Source of the DNA: an uncultured Alphaproteobacteria bacterium
Lineage (GTDB): Bacteria > Pseudomonadota > Alphaproteobacteria > Rhizobiales > Beijerinckiaceae
NCBI GenBank assembly: GCA_963837375.1
Contig: CAWINL010000003.1
Span: 12,808-76,807 of the forward strand
Length of the DNA stretch: 64,000 nt
Direction of reading: 5' to 3'
Shown: positions 57,366 through 64,000 of the stretch, piece after piece
Layout: each line of letters begins with the position of its first letter
How positions within the stretch are numbered: the stretch's first letter is position 1
Translations under genes and position numbers: made by a program
The notes under the pieces: model-generated
What the model was told of the DNA's origin: nothing
The model's input: the letters and a program-made list of their open reading frames with translations, nothing else
Database searches by the model: none

Positions 57366-58770
57366 TCAGGACTGCGCCGCGATAAAACGCGCCGCCGAAA
57401 GGCCGGCCAGCCGTCCAAGAACCGTTGCCGACAGCAGCCCATTTCCGGACATATAGCCCCAGGACGAGGGCCCCGAGAGGCCGCGCGCCGCGCCGCCTCC
57501 CGCAAAGACGTTGGGCAACGGCGTGCCGTCTGTTTTGAGAACACGGGTCTGCGTGTCGATGACCAACCCGCCTTGCGTGTGGAACAGCGCGCCATTGATC
57601 TTCGCCGCGAGATAAGGCGGCTGCCAGCGGTGGCTGTTGCGTGAAGTCACGACCGAGGGGATCGGGTTTCGCTCCTGCCGCATAATCCTTCACCTCTTCC
57701 ATCGTGCGCTTCAACGCTTCGACGGGAAGGTCGGTCACCGCTGCAAGTTCTTCGATCGTCCCTGCGCGTTTGATCGACCCGAGCTTGGTGATCTCGCGAT
57801 AATCGTGGAAGCCAAGCGCTGGCTTCTCGCAGCGCTCGTCATAGATGTTCCAGGCCAGATGGCCGGGTTGCTTGATGACCTCCTGCGCATGCTCCGAATA
57901 GCCGCGCATCTCGTTGGCGAAGCGCTCGCCATTGAGGTTCACCTGAAATCCGCCCTGGGTCATGACGGCCCATGTCAACGGCAGGCCGTGCGGATAGGCG
58001 ACCGAACCGTGACCCTGATAGCTTCCCATATCGGCGAGCTCGGCCCCAAGCGCCGCTCCCCAGTCCACCGCGTCGCCGGTGTTGGACGTGTGGCCGTAAT
58101 ACTCCGCTTCCGCCATCTCGGGGATGAACTTCGCGACCATCTCGCGATTCCCGCCGAAGCCGTTGCAGGCGAGGATCAGCGCATCGCAGCCGACTGTTTC
58201 GATTTCGCCATTAGGACGGCGGAACGCAACGCCGACGATGGTGCCATCATCCTTCGCAAACAGATCCTCGACCGATGCGCCGGTGATGATGTCGATGCCG
58301 GCCCGTTCTGCCGCGGCAAGGAGCGATTGTTCGAGTTCGGCCCCCGTCTGGTTCTTCGGCCCATGCATGCGCAGGCGCGAGTGGCCCGGATAGTAGAAAC
58401 CCTCAACAAGATGCAACTCGACGCCGTGCTGATCGGCGAGCCAATCGATCGTCGCGCCGGAGGCTTCCGCCACAGCTTTCACGATGATCGGATCGCTCTG
58501 GCCTTTCGCTTTCGCCGCAAGGTCGGCGGCGAAAAGCTCCGCGCTATCCTCGATGCCTTTCTCGCGCTGGAACCGGGTGCAGGCCGCGGGGATCAGGCCT
58601 GCGGAGAGCGAGGTGCTGCCGGTGGGATTTTCGTCCCGTTCGAGGATGAGGACCTCTGCGCCGGAATCCCGCGCGGCAAGCGCTGCCGTCAGGCCGCAGG
58701 AGCCGGCGCCGATGATGACGACGGGGACGCCGAATTCGAAAGTACCTTCACTGGCCGGCCGAACTGTCAT
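57366..58770 (-). CDS. FAD-dependent oxidoreductase (fumarate reductase/TcuA/KstD superfamily; frameshifted)
   Basis: IIGAGSCGL, STSLSAG, NGERFANE, LFHTQGGL, YMSGNGL. Confidence 0.85.
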
Positions 58771-58848
58771 GATGTCGTTTTCCGCAATTCTACGAGTAAG
58801 GATGTGGCCTTCCAACCGGGAAGGCCTCGTGCGACACTCGGTGTGTCG

Positions 58849-59733
58849 TCAGTATCCCGCGCGCGCTTCCTCGGAGACGCCATAACGCTCTTCGAGTTCG
58901 CGCACCTCCTGCATCCCGACAAGGTCGAAGAATTCCTGGAACGACGGAACGTTTGGCGCAATGCTGGCGATGGTTTCTTCCTCGCGCAGAGTGGTGAGAA
59001 CACCATCGGCGGCACGGATCGCGGCGAGCATCAGCCAGTTCGGATAGATGATGAGCTTGAAGCCGAGCGCCTCGATCTCGGACTTCTTGAGAAACGGCGT
59101 CTTGCCGCTCGTCGCCATGTTGTAGAGCGTCGGATATTGCAGGCGCTCGGGAATCGCCTTGAGGTGCTCCATGCCGGGGGATTCGATGAAGAGGATGTCG
59201 GCGCCCGCTTCGCGGTACAACTCGGCCCGCTCGAAGGCGGCTTCCAGCCCGTCAAGCGCCAGCGCATCGGTGCGAGCGATAAGCACGAAATCCTCATCCG
59301 TCCGCGCATCCGTCGCGGCCTTGATCTTTGCCACCATGTCCCGCGCGGAAATCAGCTGTTTGCCGGCGAGATGGCCGCAACGCTTCGGCAGCACCTGATC
59401 CTCGAGGTGGATTGCAGCCACGCCCGCGCGTTCATAGAGCTGCACCGTGCGACGCACGTTAAGCGGCCCACCATAGCCGTTATCGGCATCGGCGATCACC
59501 GGAATGTCGCTGACGGCTGCGATACGCGCCGCGTTGTCGACCATCTCGGTCAAGGTGAGCAGTCCCACATCCGGCATGCCAAGACGCGCGGCGGACGTGC
59601 CGGCGCCCGTCATGTACATGGCCTCGTAGTTATGCTTCGCGACGAGGCGCGCAAAAAGAGGATCGACGACGCCAGGCGCCATGATCGCGCCGCGGCGTGC
59701 CAGCAATTGGCGGAGCTTGGTGGTGATTCTCAT
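58849..59733 (-). CDS. Isocitrate lyase/PEP mutase family lyase (PrpB/Dml-like)
   Basis: DADNGYGG, EDQVLPKRCGH, IARTDA. Confidence 0.9.
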   Translation of the reverse strand: MRITTKLRQLLARRGAIMAPGVVDPLFARLVAKHNYEAMYMTGAGTSAARLGMPDVGLLTLTEMVDNAARIAAVSDIPVIADADNGYGGPLNVRRTVQLYERAGVAAIHLEDQVLPKRCGHLAGKQLISARDMVAKIKAATDARTDEDFVLIARTDALALDGLEAAFERAELYREAGADILFIESPGMEHLKAIPERLQYPTLYNMATSGKTPFLKKSEIEALGFKLIIYPNWLMLAAIRAADGVLTTLREEETIASIAPNVPSFQEFFDLVGMQEVRELEERYGVSEEARAGY

Positions 59734-59783
59734 AATCGTTTGTCCTTAATCAAATCGGCCATGATCGTTCGACCAGCGCAATA

Positions 59784-60486
59784 TCAAAGTCCCAGATAGG
59801 TCTGGCGCAGACGCGGATCGGCGAGCATCTCGGCGGCCGCTCCCTGGAGGGCGAAACGTCCTTGCTCCAGCACATAGGCGCGGCTGGCGATGCCAAGCGA
59901 CTGCACCACGTTCTGCTCGACGAGAAGGATCGACAGACCCTCCTTGTTGATCTTCTGAACGAGGTTGAACATCTCCTCCACCATCAGGGGCGAGAGGCCG
60001 AGCGATGGCTCGTCGAGGATCAACAGCTTCGGCTCCGCCATCAGGCCTCTGCCGATCGCCAGCATCTGCTGCTCGCCCCCGGAGAGCGTACCCGCAAGCT
60101 GCGCAAGCCGCTCGCGAAGACGCGGGAAGATATCGCACATGCGCTCGAAATTCACGCGAAACCCGCTCGCGCGCCCGACGAAACGCGCCGAGTTCGAGAT
60201 TTTCCTTGACGCTCAGGTTGGGAAAGATCCGCCGTCCCTCCGGAACCTGCGAAATCCCCGCTTCGACGATGTCGCGCGGTGCAAGTCCCGCGATGTCCTT
60301 GTCCTCGAACCGGATCTTGCCCTCGCGGGGCTTGATGATCCCGCTGATGACGTTGTTGAGCGTCGACTTTCCGACCCCGTTCGAACCGAGCACGGCAACG
60401 ATCTCGCCAGCGGCGATCGACATGCTGATGCCTTGCAGGACATTGGCGGGCCCGTAGCCTGCCTTGATGCCGGAAATCTCAAGCAT
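59784..60486 (-). CDS. Branched-chain-type ABC transporter ATPase (LivF-like, frameshifted)
   Basis: GSNGVGKS, VPEGRRIF, LSGGEQQM, DEPS. Confidence 0.9.
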
Positions 60487-61228
60487 GGGCGCCTTCCTTC
60501 TTCAGGCGGTCTGCGGCGCCGTGGCCGAGATAGGCCTCGATGACCGTCGGATCGGCGACCAGTTGCTGCGGCGTGCCGTGCGCGATCATACGGCCCTGGT
60601 TCAGCACGTAGGCTTCCTCAGAAAGGCTCATGACGGCCTGCATGACATGCTCGATCAGCAGGATCGTCACGCCGGAATCGCGGATCTTGCGGATGGTCGC
60701 CGACGATCTCGACGATCTCGCTCGGGATGAGACCCGCCATCACCTCGTCGAGAAGCAACAGTTTGGCTTCCGTGGCGAGCGCCCGCGCGAGCTCCAGCCG
60801 TTTGCGTCCCGCGACCGTCAGCGATTCGCGCCGACTGATCGAGCATGCGGCCCATGCCGACCTGTTCGGCGATCAGCGCCGCGCGCTCCAGCGGCGTCCT
60901 TCCGGCTCCTGTGGCGAAGATGCGCGCCGACGGCGATATTCTCGAGCACGGTCAGGCCCGCGAAGGGTTGGACGATCTGGAACGTCCGCGTCAGCCCGAG
61001 CCGGCAGATGGCGTGGGGCGCGCGCCCGGTGATGTCCTCGCCCTGAAAGGTGATCCGCCCGCTATCCGGCTCCACGAAGCCGCCGATCATGGCGAACAGG
61101 GTGGTCTTGCCCGCACCGTTCGGTCCGATCAGGGCGACGATCCGGCCCTCCTTCACCGTCAGCGAAGCATCGTTGACCGCGACAAGCCCGCCATAGCGCT
61201 TGGTGACGTTTTCGACGCTCAACATCAC
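60479..61228 (-). CDS. Branched-chain-type ABC transporter ATPase (LivG-like, frameshifted)
   Basis: GPNGAGKT, RTFQ, IEH, VIEAYLG. Confidence 0.88.
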
Positions 61229-62216
61229 TTGGCCTCCTTCACGGATACCACGGCGCGCCGCTTCGCTGGCCCGATCCGGCGGGCGAGCCCGACGATGCCA
61301 TCCGGAAGATAACGCAGGATGACGAGCAGCACGACACCATAAAGGACGAGATTGAGACCGGGCGCGCCGCTCACCAGATGCTTGGCGCTTTCACCCATCA
61401 GGTGCAGGATCAACGTCCCGACGAGCGGACCCCAGATCGTTCCCGCGCCGCCGATGATCGGTCCGAGCAGCGCCTCGATCGACATGGTCGACCCATAGGC
61501 GATCGGCGCGTCGATGAAGAGATAGGTCTGCAGATAGGCGACGCCCGCGGCGCCGCCGATCGCGCCGGACAGCATCATGGCGAGAACCTTCGTGCGAAAC
61601 GTGTCGATGCCCAGCGCCTTGGCGGCCTCCTCGTTCTCACGAATGGCGATGAGGTAGGCGCCGAAGCGCGAGCGTTGCACCGCGACGGTAATCAGCATAG
61701 CGACAGCCACCATCACCAGGACGAGGGTGTAGGTGGTGATGCGATCGGCGAACTGGAAATTGGCCAAACCCACCTTGTATGGCACGAGGATGCCTTGTCC
61801 GCCGCCGGTGACCTCGAACGAGCTGGCGAGGATGCGCAGCACTTCCGCGAAGGCCAGCGTGACAAGCGCGAAATAGGAACCTCTCAGGCCATAGCGAAAC
61901 GAGAGGGCGGCGATGAAGCCCGCGACGAGCGTCGCGGCGACCATCGCCAGGCAGGCGGCGATCCACGGGTTGAACCCCAGCCGGACCTGCAGCATCGCCG
62001 TCACATACGCGCCGGTGCCGAACAACGCGGCGTGGCCGAAGGACATCTGTCCGCCGAAGCCGCCCAGAAGATTCCAGGCGACGCTGAGAATCGTGACGAT
62101 CAGCGCGTTGATGGTGAAGCCGAGCCACGCCTCCGAAGGAAGCATGATAGATCAGCAGGAGATATGACGCAAACCGCGCCGTAGAGCAGCCATTCGCCAA
62201 AGGATGTGTGTTTCAT
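61225..62216 (-). CDS. ABC transporter permease (LivM-like)
   Basis: GQMSFGHA, YFALVTLAFAE, AIRENEEAA. Confidence 0.88.
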
Positions 62217-63084
62217 GCCGCGCGCCGTCCAAACAGGCCAGAAGGCCGAAACAGAAGGATGAGGATGAAGGCCAGGAAGATGCCGATCTGGCCGAGGCTC
62301 TCGCCGAGAAAGAGCCCGCACAGCGCTTCGATGACGCCGAGCAGCAGCCCGCTCACGAGCGCGCCGAGGAAACTGCCCATGCCTCCCAGCACCACCGTGG
62401 TGAAGGCGATCAGCACGAACGCGTAGCCGACTTGCGGCGTCACATAGAAGGTCGGGAATCAGGAGGCAGGCCGCGACCGCGACGCAGGCGGTTCCGATGC
62501 CGAAGCAGACCGCATAGGTGTTGTTGACGTCGATGCCCACGAGTTCGGCGCCCCGCTTCTCGATGGCAACCGCGCGGATCGCCTTGCCGATGCGCGTGCG
62601 GCTCATGATGAGCCAGAGGATCAGGGCGCAGAGCCATTGCGGCGAAGAATGCGATCACGCGCGGCAGAGGGATGAAGGCGGGCCCGATCTCCACCATTTC
62701 ATACGCATAGGGGAGCGAAATCGTGCGGGTGTTCGACGTCCAGAAATAGAGCGCGAGATTGTCGATGATGATGGCGAGAGCGAGCGTCACGAGCAGGACG
62801 TTCTGTTCCTTGCCGCCGCTGAACGGAGCGATGATGCCGCGCTGGATGCCGTATCCCAGGAGGAAGAAGAGCGGAACGATGATCGGGATGGCGAGATATG
62901 GATCGACGCCGAAAAGCACGTGGAGAAAGTACACGCCGTAGAGCGCCAGCATCAGCAGGCTGCCATGGGCGAAGTTGATGATGTGCAGCACGCCGTAGAT
63001 CAGGGTGAGCCCGAGCGCGATCAGAGCGTAGATCGCACCGGTCGTCAGGCCACCCAGAATGGCGGGCAAGATCAGCGATGACAT
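62213..63084 (-). CDS. ABC transporter permease (LivH-like, frameshifted)
   Basis: YALIALGLTLIYG, INFAHG, VLGGMGS. Confidence 0.88.
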
Positions 63085-63157
63085 GGCACGGCTCTTTCCT
63101 TTGTGCCGGAAGCTGCGGGCGCGCTGACGCGCCCGCAGGATCGAGAAGCAAGCGTCT

Positions 63158-64000
63158 TCAGGTGCGCGGCGGCATCGGGAAGACGGCCTCGGCGGTTGCG
63201 TATTCCTTCGGGAATACAAGCTCGATCTTGTCGCCGCGGATTTGCGTGTTCACCGGCTGTGCCGCCTCGTTGTTGCCGTTGACGAACTTCGTCGGGCCAT
63301 ACGGCATGATGGATCCGCTATAGGTCGAGGTTGCAAGCGCCTCGATCATCTTCTCGCGATCATTCGATGCGGAACGCTCAAGCGAGTCGGCAATGAGCTG
63401 AATGCACGCATACGCGACCATGATGTCGTAGGTCAGATCGAGCTTGGCGTCCGCGGCTGTGTCTTGGCAAGAGCCTGCGATTCCGGTTTGCGCGGGATCG
63501 TACCAATGGTTGCAATCCATCACGTACTGCGCGGCATCGTTGTGCTCGCGGACGAACTTGATGTTCGAGGCGGCGCCGCCGAGGATCGAGTAGATGGCCT
63601 TCGTTTCGACGCGCTGCTGGCGCAGCGCCATGGCGAACAGCGTGTACTCGTTGATGTAGTTCGACGGAATGATCATGTCGGGCTTGGCCGCCTTGAGGCG
63701 CAGCACGATATTGGTGAAGTCGCGCTGCGGCGTCGGGTGTCCGATGCTTTCGACGACCTGAATGCCGATCTGAGGCAGCTTCTCGTTGAGGAGCTTCGCC
63801 ATGTTGGAGCCGAACGGGCCGTCCTCGTAGACGATCGCCGCCGTCTTCACCGGGTTGCCGGCGTTCTGGTTCAGAAGCTTGAGGTTCTCCAGTGCCGTCG
63901 ACGGTGCACTTGTTCACACCGGGCGTGAACCGGAAGACGTTCTTCAGGCCGCGCTCGACCACCTGTTCGGCCGTGCCCACATCGAAAACCTGGGCGAGGT
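63158..64000 (-). CDS. ABC transporter substrate-binding protein (LivJ/K-like; partial, runs off the window)
   Basis: RGLKNVFR, YEDGPFG, DFTNIVLRLKAAKPD. Confidence 0.82.

Overview
High-GC Rhizobiales (Microvirga/Methylobacteriaceae-like) chromosome segment. Single-base indels split many housekeeping genes, which points to uncorrected long-read error rather than pseudogenisation. Positions 1-35.8 kb are mostly core genome: purSQL, bolA-grxD, tlpA, an RTX protein, lysA, TIGR02302, etfBA-hbd, a TsdA-like cytochrome, tRNA-Leu followed by a small islet with an ECF sigma-cupredoxin operon, rppH-ctpA-envC-rlmH-rsfS-nadD-proAB-obgE, and rpmA-rplU. Immediately after tRNA-Ser(CGA) is an integrative element of about 6.6 kb: large serine recombinase, DUF2924, a hidden small ORF, DUF3489, terminase large subunit, DUF5681 and a DNA methyltransferase. 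It has no visible capsid, portal or tail genes. Two of its transcription units share an upstream motif, GACTTC-N3-TCC-N3-GCAAGCA. The methyltransferase is cut at its catalytic DPPY motif, next to a motif that occurs three times (TKCCAA-N3-GTGCCA). Cargo-like DNA follows: an atypical PBP1A module, a membrane/spermidine-synthase-like protein and gene debris. The window ends in an uncharacterised catabolic operon (LIV-type ABC transporter, ICL-family lyase, flavoprotein, two racemase-fold proteins lacking both catalytic Cys, PrpD-like protein, HAD-like dehydrogenase, BKACE). All family assignments come from motif recognition, not database searches.
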